Assembly (NCBI GenBank): GCA_037719665.1
Contig: JBBJLU010000024.1
Coordinates: 12,770-36,769, forward strand
Direction of reading: 5' to 3'
Length of the DNA: 24,000 nt
Source: Ferruginibacter sp.
GTDB lineage: Bacteria; Bacteroidota; Bacteroidia; Chitinophagales; Chitinophagaceae
The position numbers were made by a program, and so were the translations under genes. The notes under the pieces were generated by a model. The model was not told the DNA's origin, did not search any database, and saw only the letters and a program-made list of their open reading frames with translations. This document shows, one piece after another, positions 7,925 to 16,622 of the stretch; the first letter of the stretch is position 1; every line of letters starts with the position of its first letter.

Positions 7925-8314
7925 TTAACGTTTAGAGAACTGGAATGATTTCCTTGCTTTTTTACGACCCGGTTTTTTACGCTCTACAGAACGGGAATCC
8001 CTTGTCAACAGGCCGGCCGCTTTCAACACGGGGCGCAGTTCAGGATTGTTCTCGATGAGTGCGCGGGCAATACCGAGCTTTGCAGCTTCAGCCTGTCCTT
8101 TTACTCCGCCGCCGGTAGCATTGATCACTACGTTCCATTTGTCAGCAGCTTCCACGGTGTTCAACGGGATGATCACCTGGTTTTGCAGGTACACCAATGG
8201 GAAATAAGTTTTATAGTCTTTGCCGTTCACTGTAATGCTTCCTTCGCCTTTGCTCAGGAAAACACGTGTTACAGCTTCTTTTCTGCGGCCGACTGCGTTT
8301 ATTTGCTTTTCCAT
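7925..8314 (-). CDS. rpsI: 30S ribosomal protein S9
   Basis: GRRKEAVTRVFL...ATGGGVKGQAEAAKLGIARAL...LTRDSRSVERKKPGRKKARKSFQFSKR. Confidence 0.95.
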   Translation of the reverse strand: MEKQINAVGRRKEAVTRVFLSKGEGSITVNGKDYKTYFPLVYLQNQVIIPLNTVEAADKWNVVINATGGGVKGQAEAAKLGIARALIENNPELRPVLKAAGLLTRDSRSVERKKPGRKKARKSFQFSKR

Positions 8315-8384
8315 TTATTTGAGTTGCGGGTGGCGGGTGTTGGGTTGCATATTTGAAGTGCAAGCCGTTTCGCTACCCTTGTTT

Positions 8385-8843
8385 TTATTTGTTTGTGCGG
8401 TTAAAGTTTAGGTCCTGTGGTTTTTGCGCGCCATGCGGATGATCAGCCCCTACATATACAAATAGTTTTTTGTACATCTGTCGGCCAAGGCGATTCTTAG
8501 GAAGCATGCCTTTTACAGCTCTTTCTACGATCACTTCGGGACGACGTTTTTGCAGATCTTTTGCGATCTCACCTTTTTGGCCACCGGGGTAACCGCTATA
8601 GGTCAGGTACTCTTTCTCATCCATTTTATTGCCGGTTAAAACTACTTTTTCGCAGTTTGTAACGATAATATAATCTCCGCAGTCTACGTGCGGGGTGTAA
8701 TAGGCTTTGTTCTTACCGCGAAGGATCGCAGCGATCTTAGCACACATACGGCCAACGGTTTGATTAGTACCGTCCACAACGTACCAGTTGTGCGTTACGG
8801 TAGCCTCGTTCGCATGTTTAGTAGTGAAATGTAATTTGCTCAT
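8385..8843 (-). CDS. rplM: 50S ribosomal protein L13
   Basis: WYVVDGTNQTVGRMCAKIAAILRGKNKAYYTPHVDCGDYIIV. I prefer the ATG at 8843 (MSKLHFTTK...) over the GTG at 8864 used by the ORF track. Confidence 0.92.
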   Translation of the reverse strand: MSKLHFTTKHANEATVTHNWYVVDGTNQTVGRMCAKIAAILRGKNKAYYTPHVDCGDYIIVTNCEKVVLTGNKMDEKEYLTYSGYPGGQKGEIAKDLQKRRPEVIVERAVKGMLPKNRLGRQMYKKLFVYVGADHPHGAQKPQDLNFNRTNK

Positions 8844-9194
8844 TGTATTTTGTTTAAGTGACACCGCAGCTATCCCCGCGGTTTTTTAATGAGGTGCAAA
8901 AGTAGAGGGATATTTCATTTATTCAAAGGAAAAGGAGGGGTTTTTTTGAAGGCACATCCACAACTTATTGATATTCAATAAAAAAATAAGCGACTGTTTT
9001 TATTCTATAGTCTGAGGAAACAATTTTAATACGGGAACCCGTTTTAAATCTGAATGACGGTCACGCACTCTGCCTCATATGCCATTTATCAACAGAAAAC
9101 GATTTCCCTACTACTCAAAAAGATAACAATAACATCATATTTGGGAAACATAGCGGCAAGATACTTGTTCTAATATTAGGAAATAAACCATTTT

Positions 9195-9482
9195 ATGGAT
9201 AACAATAATAATACAACTGATCCCGGCAAACATGAACGTTTCAAAGATGAGCAGACCGATAAACGTGTTCATGAAATACTTGGTAATGAGTCTGACGAGG
9301 TCACGGAACAGGATATCCGCAACATCCGAACGGATGTGGGCGTGAAAGCGACCGAAAATGCTTCAGATGAAACTGCAGCGCATCTTCCGGACGGAAAGGC
9401 AGAAGAATTCCCCGAAGAGAAGAAAATAGAGGATGATTCCGATCCGAGTATAGATACTTCCTGGAATGTATTGGGAAGTTAG
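9195..9482 (+). CDS. Small acidic hypothetical protein (95 aa)
   Basis: An ORF with an ATG start in an otherwise empty region. It is very D/E-rich with no recognisable motif, and a strong palindrome follows it. Coding status is not established. Confidence 0.35.
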   Translation: MDNNNNTTDPGKHERFKDEQTDKRVHEILGNESDEVTEQDIRNIRTDVGVKATENASDETAAHLPDGKAEEFPEEKKIEDDSDPSIDTSWNVLGS

Positions 9483-9502
9483 GTAATGAATTAGCCTCCA
9501 CG

Positions 9503-9550
9503 GGTTAAACAAACAGCCCACGGTTTAAACCGTGGGCTGTTTGTTTAACC
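9503..9550. terminator. 48-bp perfect palindrome between convergent genes (candidate bidirectional terminator or protein-binding site)
   Basis: GGTTAAACAAACAGCCCACGGTTT (9503-9526) is the exact reverse complement of AAACCGTGGGCTGTTTGTTTAACC (9527-9550). There is no spacer. It lies 21 nt from the + gene stop and 23 nt from the - gene stop. Confidence 0.6.
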
Positions 9551-9572
9551 GTGGGCATTGTGTTATCCGTTT

Positions 9573-11013
9573 TTATGGTGTCCGATATATTTTGATCACC
9601 CCGTCGTTCTCGCTGCTCACGATCACCAGGCTCTTGCCAACCGGGCTTTGCGCCGCAGGAACAAACGTGATCCCTTCGGGTGCATCGCCGGTAAGAAGGG
9701 TTTTGATAAATACCGGTGCCGTTGGATCTGTTACATCATATAAAGCCAACATGTCTGCACGCTCCATCCCTACGAATGCTACTGTTTTCTTACCCATGAT
9801 CCCGATCGTTACGCCTTCGGGTTCCACTCCTTTATCATCGCTGCGCAGGTCATCATATTTACCGGCCGCTATTGCTTTAGATTCCAATTCATTTTTACTG
9901 TCCCAAACCCTGTCGCCGTTCAGGCCGTTCCAAACACTGAAAGAACGTGCGCCGAAAGAAAATAATTCATCGAAATCATTATCTGCACCGAAATCACCCA
10001 TGGTCCGGGTAATATTAAGACGGCCGAGTTTAGGTTCTGTTTTTAAAATTGCGAAATCAGGGAATACCATTGCATCAAGTGTAATGTCTTTGATTCTTTT
10101 GTTCTCCGCAAAGCCGGGGTAATCGCGCATGGTACATGCCTTTTACGTTCCATTGTCCCGGTAAGATCACCAGGTCCTTATCGCTCGGGTCGATGCTGTT
10201 CTCTGCAAGGCTGTAGTTCTTGAATCCTAACGGAAAAATGGCTGTAACAGATTTTGAGGGGAGATCAATTTTAGCGAACGCATTGTTTTCCTGCAACGTC
10301 ACCCAAGCGGTGCGACTGTCTGAAGAAATCGTTACATATTCCGGCTCTATATCCTGTGCGAAAGTGGCACCCGGGCCAAAAATGCGCAGTCCGCGGCTTT
10401 GCAGCGCAGCAAATTGCGAAGCAAAAGAAGCAAAGTCTACTGTTACTACTGCATAATCATCCGCCACGGTAATGATGGATACCGTACCTACCGGGTCAAT
10501 GGTATAGGCATCATTCGGTTCGCCTTCATTAGCAGAAACAATATATTTTCCGTCTGCTGAAAAGGTAACCATATCGGGCAAAGGACCTACCGTAACCTGT
10601 TTCAGCAGGGAGTAATCAGATGTTTTGAAAATGACGATCTTCCCCTGATCTGTTTTGGTTGTACCTTCCAGTGCTGCGGCCAGTTTGCCGTCAAATACCG
10701 ATACGCTGTTGATAAAACTGCCGTAGGGTAAAATATTAATATTTCCGATCAATGCGGGGGCGGAAGGGTTGGCCAGGTCTACAATATCTATTCGGCTGCT
10801 TCCGCCGGCATTGGTCACTACAAATAATCTTTTGGTGGAAGGGTCATAGGCAGTGATCTCCGCTGCACCCACACCGCTAAGGGTTATGCTGCCTACTTCC
10901 GCAAAGCCCGCTATATCTTCCTGTGCCGGTTCGGGTATTACCGGGGTGGTGTCGGTTTTTTTACAGGAGAAGATAGCTATACTGCAAAACAGTATGGAGT
11001 AAATAAATTTCAT
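9573..11013 (-). pseudogene. Beta-propeller lipoprotein (choice-of-anchor-I-like family) disrupted by a frameshift or internal deletion near 10075-10130
   Basis: The ORFs 10075..11040 and 9573..10130 are co-linear parts of one protein. The first part has a lipoprotein signal (MKFIYSILFCSIAIFSC), EITAYDPSTKRLFVVTN, LPDMVTFSADGKYIVSANEGEPND and IEPEYVTISSDSRTAWVTLQENNA. The second part has RDYPGFAENKRI...VEPEGVTIG...KSLVIVSSENDG. The frames overlap by 56 nt. Confidence 0.6.
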
Positions 11014-11199
11014 GAGTTGTTTTATGTTTTGAGGTCGCAACTTAGCCTTCCGATATTACGGTTATGTGAAGCAACCGTTATGGAATTATGAACTGCGGTT
11101 GTACGTATTTTATATGACCGGTTCCCGAAATTCAAATATTAAATTGTAATATTATATTGCCGCTTCCCGAAAGAGTGCGACAGTTACCAAACTATTCCC

Positions 11200-12450
11200 A
11201 TGCAACCAACTATTCAACCTATTGCACTTACGGAGCGTGCAACCATCCTCGACATCCTGCGCGGCATAGCATTGTTCGGAATTTGTATTGCTAATTACCC
11301 GATCCTTTCCATGTATGTTTTCCAACGACAGGATATTAAAGAGGCCATGTCAACTGCGGCGGTGGATCAATGGATACCCTATGTACATTTTGCCCTGATC
11401 GACGGGAAATTTTATTCTTTATTCTCCCTGCTGTTCGGTATCGGGTTTTCGATCATCCTTTTAAGAAACCAAGCGAAGGGGAAAAGCGGGTTAGGATATT
11501 TTTATCGTCGCCTTATTATCCTTGCACTGATCGGGTTGGCGCATGCATTCCTGCTTTGGAACGGAGATATTTTATTTTTATATGCCCTGATCGGGATGTT
11601 GCTCCCGCTTTTTAGAAATTTGAAAGACAAGACACTGATCATTACGTGGGCGGTACTGATCTTTTCACCGCTGGTCTTTGACCTGTTCAAAGGATTAACG
11701 GATAATAAATATAATCCCGCTAATTTCTTCTTTAATAATGCTATCGCCCTCGGAAACAAATATGGTATTACGCAGGATAACTTCGGTACATGGCAGGCGA
11801 TGAAAACAGAATACAGTGATGTGTTGAAATTTAACCACTCCGGTTTTTTCTGGCGCTGGGAAGGATTGATCAACAGCAACCGCTTGCCAAAAGTGCTCGG
11901 CATGTTCCTGCTCGGTTTGTATGTAGGACGAAAAATGATCTATGCAAAATTGGAAGAGCATGTTCCACTGTTGAAGAAAGTACAGAAATGGGGATTCCTC
12001 ATCGGCCTTCCGTTCAGTATCGGCCATGCATATGTGGAACTGAATCACCTGCCGGACGGTCCCATCGGTTTATTGCACCCGTTGTTTTATGCACTCAATG
12101 TGGTACCGCTGAGCCTGGCTTACACGGCCACGATCTGTTTATGGTACTTGCAACCGCGCAGCAGGAAACGGCTATCTGTATTTGCAGCACCCGGCCGCAT
12201 GGCACTCACCAATTATATATTACAGTCCTTCATAGCGATGGTGCTTTTTTTCGGTATCGGCCTTGGGTTTGGCGGAAAAACGCCCTTGACGTATGTGATC
12301 GTTATTGCTGCATTGGTCTACCTGTTCCAAATACTATTCAGCCATTTCTGGCTGCGGTATTTCAATTACGGTCCCGTGGAATGGATCTGGCGGCAGCTGA
12401 CGTATGGGAAGCGGTTGAAGTTGAGGAGGGTGAAGGAGATAAGTAGCTAA
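11200..12450 (+). CDS. DUF418 (YeiB-like) polytopic membrane protein
   Basis: ERATILDILRGIALFGICIANY at the N-terminus. Multiple transmembrane segments. GRMALTNYILQS and PVEWIWRQLTYG near the C-terminus are typical of DUF418. Confidence 0.8.
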   Translation: MQPTIQPIALTERATILDILRGIALFGICIANYPILSMYVFQRQDIKEAMSTAAVDQWIPYVHFALIDGKFYSLFSLLFGIGFSIILLRNQAKGKSGLGYFYRRLIILALIGLAHAFLLWNGDILFLYALIGMLLPLFRNLKDKTLIITWAVLIFSPLVFDLFKGLTDNKYNPANFFFNNAIALGNKYGITQDNFGTWQAMKTEYSDVLKFNHSGFFWRWEGLINSNRLPKVLGMFLLGLYVGRKMIYAKLEEHVPLLKKVQKWGFLIGLPFSIGHAYVELNHLPDGPIGLLHPLFYALNVVPLSLAYTATICLWYLQPRSRKRLSVFAAPGRMALTNYILQSFIAMVLFFGIGLGFGGKTPLTYVIVIAALVYLFQILFSHFWLRYFNYGPVEWIWRQLTYGKRLKLRRVKEISS

Positions 12451-12553
12451 GTAAATAAAGTAAATAAGTAATGCTAAGTATGTCCTCCGTGAGGGATATT
12501 ACCTTTCTTAAGAATTTATCAATGTAATCCGTAAGCAAAATTAAAACAACACT

Positions 12554-12865
12554 ATGCTACAATTAATGGTTCTTTACCCGCATCCTGCCGATGTGCAGCA
12601 ATTTGAAAAAGACTATGCTGATCATACGGCATTGTTTCATGAAAAAATGGGAATACCCTCTCATGAAAAACCATATACTATTACCAAATTTTTACCTACC
12701 CCGCATGGGGCACCGGCTTTCTACCACATCTTCAGCATGCCCTTTGATTCTCCTGAAGCATTGCAGGCCGCTTTGTCTTCGGCAGGTATGCAGGAAGTGG
12801 CGGCAGATGCGAATAGAATTTCTACGGGTGGACCTATAACGCTGTTGATCGGAAATGCGGGATAG
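12554..12865 (+). CDS. EthD-domain (TIGR02118-like) small protein
   Basis: 103 aa. It matches the EthD pattern: MLQLMVLYPHPADVQQFEKDYADHTALF...FSMPFDSPEALQAALSSAGMQEVAADANRISTGGP. Confidence 0.7.
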   Translation: MLQLMVLYPHPADVQQFEKDYADHTALFHEKMGIPSHEKPYTITKFLPTPHGAPAFYHIFSMPFDSPEALQAALSSAGMQEVAADANRISTGGPITLLIGNAG

Positions 12866-12887
12866 GCTTTTCAAACAAGGATCATTC

Positions 12888-13829
12888 ATGAAACGTAAGC
12901 GCTTCGGAAAAAAAATAATTTGGTTTGTTGTTTTACTTTTCATCTTCATGAACGTTGTTGCATTTTTTCATGGGTATAAGTTTACACATTTTACCGACCG
13001 AAACGTCCCGAAAACAAATGCAAAGGACCTTTCGGCTTTAAAGAAATTACAGATCATATTTTTTGGCATCGATAATCCCCGGCCGGTCAACACCGGGTTT
13101 CCTTCGCAGCCGTTTCAAACCATAAAACTTCAGAGCAATAAGATCATCGAGTGCTGGTATATTAAAGCGGCTCAGGCGAAAGAAACTGTCATCCTGTTTC
13201 ATGGTTATGCAGGGCAAAAATCATCTATGCTTGATAAGTCTGACGAATTCCATCGGCTTGGCTATAATACCCTGTTGGTGGATTTTATGGGAAGCGGAGG
13301 CTCGGAAGGAAATCAAACTACCATAGGGTATAAAGAAGCAGAGGAAGTTAAGACCTGTTTTGAGTTTTTATCCAAACAGGGCGAACAGAAAATATACCTG
13401 TTCGGCACTTCGTTGGGTGCTGTTGCCATTATGAAAGCAATCAATGATTACGGTTTACAACCAAAAGGAATTATCATCGAGTGCCCGTTCGGAACCATGT
13501 ACCAAACTACCTGTGCAAGATTTAAGATCATGAAAGTTCCTACGTTTCCCATGGCGGGCCTCTTGGTTTTTTGGGGCGGTGTACAAAATAATTTCCCGGC
13601 TTTTGAACATCAGCCTGTTGAATACGCTAAAAGCATTACATGCCCTGCATTGCTTCTTTACGGTGAAATGGATGATCGCGTAAGCCGTAAAGAGATCGAT
13701 AAAATTTATAATAATTTAGCCGGCCCCAAAACATTGAAAACCTACCCGCTTTCGGGGCATGAAAATTATTTATTAAAGTATAAAAAACAATGGTTGACGG
13801 ATACGCAAACTTTTTTAGAAGGGAATTAA
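12888..13829 (+). CDS. Membrane-anchored alpha/beta-fold serine hydrolase
   Basis: N-terminal TM helix (KKIIWFVVLLFIFMNVVAFF), a HG oxyanion-type motif (VILFHGYAG), a nucleophile elbow GTSLGA, and a C-terminal D...H (GEMDDRV...SGHENY). The ATG at 12888 avoids overlap with the EthD gene, unlike the track start at 12855. Confidence 0.8.
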   Translation: MKRKRFGKKIIWFVVLLFIFMNVVAFFHGYKFTHFTDRNVPKTNAKDLSALKKLQIIFFGIDNPRPVNTGFPSQPFQTIKLQSNKIIECWYIKAAQAKETVILFHGYAGQKSSMLDKSDEFHRLGYNTLLVDFMGSGGSEGNQTTIGYKEAEEVKTCFEFLSKQGEQKIYLFGTSLGAVAIMKAINDYGLQPKGIIIECPFGTMYQTTCARFKIMKVPTFPMAGLLVFWGGVQNNFPAFEHQPVEYAKSITCPALLLYGEMDDRVSRKEIDKIYNNLAGPKTLKTYPLSGHENYLLKYKKQWLTDTQTFLEGN

Positions 13830-13834
13830 AACAA

Positions 13835-13857
13835 GGCGGTCGTCTAAACCGGCCGCC
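13835..13857 (+). terminator. Possible weak terminator hairpin
   Basis: GGCGGTCG, loop TCTAAAC, CGGCCGCC (8 bp with one G-U). The downstream T-tract is poor. Confidence 0.3.
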
Positions 13858-13883
13858 CCGCTTATTACGTATATTCTGTAAAA

Positions 13884-14774
13884 TTGACCATCATTCCTTT
13901 CTCAAAGTTTTTTACTGCATTTGCCCTTGGCGCTTTTGCGCTCTGCATAAACAGTTGCGCTTTTAAAAGCATCAACCGCTCTAAAAATATTACCTACCTC
14001 CCTGCTGATGCTTCGGGTACCAAACCGGCACAACGATTAAATATTTTCGCACCGAAGAAAAAAAATGAACTGAAACCGGTGTTGGTATTTATGCACGGCG
14101 GCAGCTGGAACTCCGGAAAAAAAGGACTGTATAGCTTTTTCGGGACACGTTTTGCGAGGAAAGATGTGCTTACCGTTATTGCAGATTATCCGAAAAGCCC
14201 CGGGGCAAATTTTGATGAGATGGCATTGGACGTTGCCCTGGCGGTAAAATGGGTAAAAGAAAATATTGCTTCTTATGGCGGAGACCCAAATAATATTTTT
14301 CTTTCGGGTCATTCCGCGGGCGGCCACCTCGCTGCATTGGTCGGTATCAAAAAAGATTATTTCCGCAGGGTGGGAATGGCTAATCCTCTGAAAGGTATCA
14401 TCCTGATAGATGCTGCGGGCCTGGATATGTATGGCTATTTGTCGGGAGAAGGATATGAAGAAGGCAATACTTATTTGAAAACGTTTACCTCGGATCCCAA
14501 ACAATGGAAAGAAGCCTCGCCATGGTATTTTCTACACGACTCCATGCCCCCGATGCTTATCTACCGTGGCGGCAGAACATACCCGTCCATTGAAGAAGGA
14601 AATGAAAAGTTTGTCGCGGCAATGAAACCATTTGTTCCTACACCCACATATCAAATTTTAGAAGGTAAAAAGCATGTGCCGATGATATTGCAGTTTTTCA
14701 ATACTGCTAACCCGCGGTATAAAGAGATGATCGGGTTTATGAAAGAGAATAAGCCCGCCACAGAACATTTTTAA
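13884..14774 (+). CDS. Lipoprotein alpha/beta hydrolase of the esterase/lipase type (HGG ... GxSxG)
   Basis: Signal with lipobox (AFALCINSC), VFMHGGSWNSG oxyanion motif, and GHSAGGH nucleophile elbow. The track start is TTG and there is no in-frame ATG nearby, so the start is uncertain. The last 270 nt are repeated at 16721-16990. Confidence 0.8.
   Translation: MTIIPFSKFFTAFALGAFALCINSCAFKSINRSKNITYLPADASGTKPAQRLNIFAPKKKNELKPVLVFMHGGSWNSGKKGLYSFFGTRFARKDVLTVIADYPKSPGANFDEMALDVALAVKWVKENIASYGGDPNNIFLSGHSAGGHLAALVGIKKDYFRRVGMANPLKGIILIDAAGLDMYGYLSGEGYEEGNTYLKTFTSDPKQWKEASPWYFLHDSMPPMLIYRGGRTYPSIEEGNEKFVAAMKPFVPTPTYQILEGKKHVPMILQFFNTANPRYKEMIGFMKENKPATEHF
14478..14747 (+). repeat. Direct repeat copy A (functional 3' end of the esterase gene)
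   Basis: Aligns without gaps to 16721-16990. My hand count is about 27 mismatches in 270 nt. The encoded 90 aa differ at 4 positions (W/L, E/D, T/R, M/I). Confidence 0.9.
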
Positions 14775-14814
14775 AACCATTTACTCAATTCCCGGGTCTT
14801 AAAAATAGATGTGT

Positions 14815-14933
14815 GCCGAGGCGTCGTCTTGGACCCGCCGACAACAGTATTTTATGGAAGAATTTAAACAACTGTAATTTTTTTGACATTGATATATTTA
14901 TCGGGTCGGCGGGTCGCAGCCAAGGCCTCGGCT
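14815..14933. repeat. 119-bp imperfect inverted repeat (bulged long hairpin) just downstream of the esterase stop
   Basis: The left arm is GCCGAGGC-GTCGT-CTTGG-ACCCGCCGAC (14815-14842). The right arm is GTCGGCGGGT-CGCAG-CCAAG-GCCTCGGC (14906-14933). The paired blocks are 8, 5 and 10 bp, with a 5-nt bulge on each arm and a 63-nt AT-rich loop. Confidence 0.75.
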
Positions 14934-14978
14934 CTTAAGCGTGCAAGTTTGATCGGCCAACGGGGGCAGAAAAGTTTA
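14872..14978 (+). repeat. Internal copy (L) of the island right-end sequence
   Basis: CTGTAATTTT...GGGTCGGCGGGTC...CTCGGC...GA-C-G-CCAAC-GGGGCAGAAAAGTTTA aligns with 16623-16730. Copy R lacks the 11 nt GCAGCCAAGGC. Confidence 0.6.
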
Positions 14979-15013
14979 TTTATATTAGTGTAAACACCAT
15001 ATCTTCTTAGAAA

Positions 15014-16159
15014 CTAAATTTTATATTTTGCCAATACTTTTTCAAACACATTTGATTTAATAAAGTTTTGTTTCTTTTTATTTACCCGGATAATATTTAA
15101 AAATCCCAGTTCCACCAGCATTTTTAAATCCGCTCTTGCCGTAAAATTCGAAATATTAAACCTGCTTTCAATTTCTTTAGTATTGAACACTCTTTCCGAA
15201 TCGTCGTTTACAATTTTTAATATCTGCGCCATTCTATCATTCACCCCGGGAATACGCATAAATTTTGCAGCCTGAAACACTTCTTTCTGCTTTTGGTTTA
15301 TATAATCTTTTAAAGCATCAAAAGCTTTTTCCATTGTTTTTACATGGTAAGTTATAAAGTAACTCAGATCATTTTCATCTGTTTCTGTATATAAATAAGC
15401 CTTTTCATATTGTGTTTTTGTATCTTTTATTATTTTAGAAATAGAGAGATATTCTGTAAGCCAATACCCCTTCTTCAGCATATACCAATAAAATAAAGCC
15501 CGGGCCGTTCTGCCATTTCCATCGGTAAACGGATGTATCCAACCTATCATAAAATGAACAATACATCCTTTTATTATGGGATGTATAAATGTTTCGGATT
15601 CACTATTGCAAAACACACACAGATCATTTATAAGTAGTTCCAATTCCGTTGTTACCGGCGGTGTATGCACTATCTCACTTGTGGAATGGTCCACAACATA
15701 AACTTCATCATTATCTCTTAATCTTCCTTCATCCTCATTATCGTCTAAAGTTTTATTGGAAATTAATTTATGAACATTTAAAATATTTTTAAGCGTGATC
15801 TCATCATTCCTGTGCTGAATAATATGCTTCATGGTTATGAAATTATTCATAATCATTTGTTCAGATTTGCTTTTAGGCTTCTGATCCTTTTGTATCATCT
15901 CTTTCGCCTTTTTTCTTGTAGTGTTTGCCCCTTCCATCTGACTACTCGAAATTGCTTCTTCTATAATAGAACTTATTATGAATTTTGTTTTATCAGTTTC
16001 AGCAATTCCGATGTTGCTGCTTAAATTCCCCCCGATATGAAGATCAAAAAGATGTAATGCCCTTTGAAGATAATCGGTGACGGTATACTGAAAATTATAA
16101 TTGCCAAAGCGAATAGAATTGGACTTTAAATATCGCTCAAACTTTATTGCTTTCCACAA
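15014..16159 (-). CDS. Fic-domain protein (AMPylase/adenylyltransferase family) with an internal inhibitory motif and a C-terminal winged-helix-like domain; the N-terminus is probably disrupted
   Basis: The Fic active-site motif HPFTDGNGRTAR is present. An N-terminal SxxxEG-type inhibitory helix motif (SSSQMEGAN) is present. The C-terminal NTKEIESRFNISNFTARADLKMLVELGFL resembles a wHTH. The track start is a TTG. The same frame stays open and protein-like upstream to 16285 with no ATG, and an ATG at 16311 lies in another frame. Confidence 0.8.
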   Translation of the reverse strand: MWKAIKFERYLKSNSIRFGNYNFQYTVTDYLQRALHLFDLHIGGNLSSNIGIAETDKTKFIISSIIEEAISSSQMEGANTTRKKAKEMIQKDQKPKSKSEQMIMNNFITMKHIIQHRNDEITLKNILNVHKLISNKTLDDNEDEGRLRDNDEVYVVDHSTSEIVHTPPVTTELELLINDLCVFCNSESETFIHPIIKGCIVHFMIGWIHPFTDGNGRTARALFYWYMLKKGYWLTEYLSISKIIKDTKTQYEKAYLYTETDENDLSYFITYHVKTMEKAFDALKDYINQKQKEVFQAAKFMRIPGVNDRMAQILKIVNDDSERVFNTKEIESRFNISNFTARADLKMLVELGFLNIIRVNKKKQNFIKSNVFEKVLAKYKI

Positions 16160-16622
16160 CTCTACGGGTTCACCATCTTTAGCTTTATATTTGACCTTAT
16201 CCCAATATAAATAGTCATCCTGAATTTTTTTTAAAGTCCATCGTACCTCAATGATACCATCAATGGTATACTTTCGTGGTTTCTTTCAAATGTTGGTGCT
16301 TTTTCTATCATATCAGGGGAGAAACAAAAATAAACAAAATTGCGAGTTTATTGATAAATCTCGTAATTTTAATAAATATCAAGATTTAAATGATACAATT
16401 TTATACTTTGCAAATCATAATATATAGCATAATACTATTATATAATACTACTAAGACGGGTATAATATATAAAATGGAATAAATTGCGAGAATAATGAAT
16501 AATCAAGCGATTTCAATAATAGTGTTTAAAATTTCATTACGAATCACTTTTTTGACAGAAGGTTGATCTTAAAAGAGTAACAAAAAAACTCACTTCAAAA
16601 ACCTATACTCATAAACCAGCGG

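Noticed and set aside
10075-10130. Programmed frameshift or genuinely overlapping genes for the two beta-propeller ORFs
   Set aside because: There is no slippery heptamer or stimulatory structure. The junction appears to lack a conserved protein block, so a deletion pseudogene or a sequencing error is more economical.
14815-14933. Integron attC site or gene cassette interpretation of the bulged inverted repeat next to the Fic gene
   Set aside because: The outer ends do not match the attC R''/R' cores (RYYYAAC and GTTRRRY). No integron integrase or attI is visible, and only one such structure is present. I kept it as a structural observation only.
16225-16232. The A8/T8 homopolymer as a slippage site that would repair or phase-vary the Fic N-terminal frameshift
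   Set aside because: The upstream frame's stop codon TAA (16231-16233) is formed by the T before the run plus its first two A residues. Changing the run length therefore cannot join the frames. The shift must lie upstream, between 16236 and 16285.
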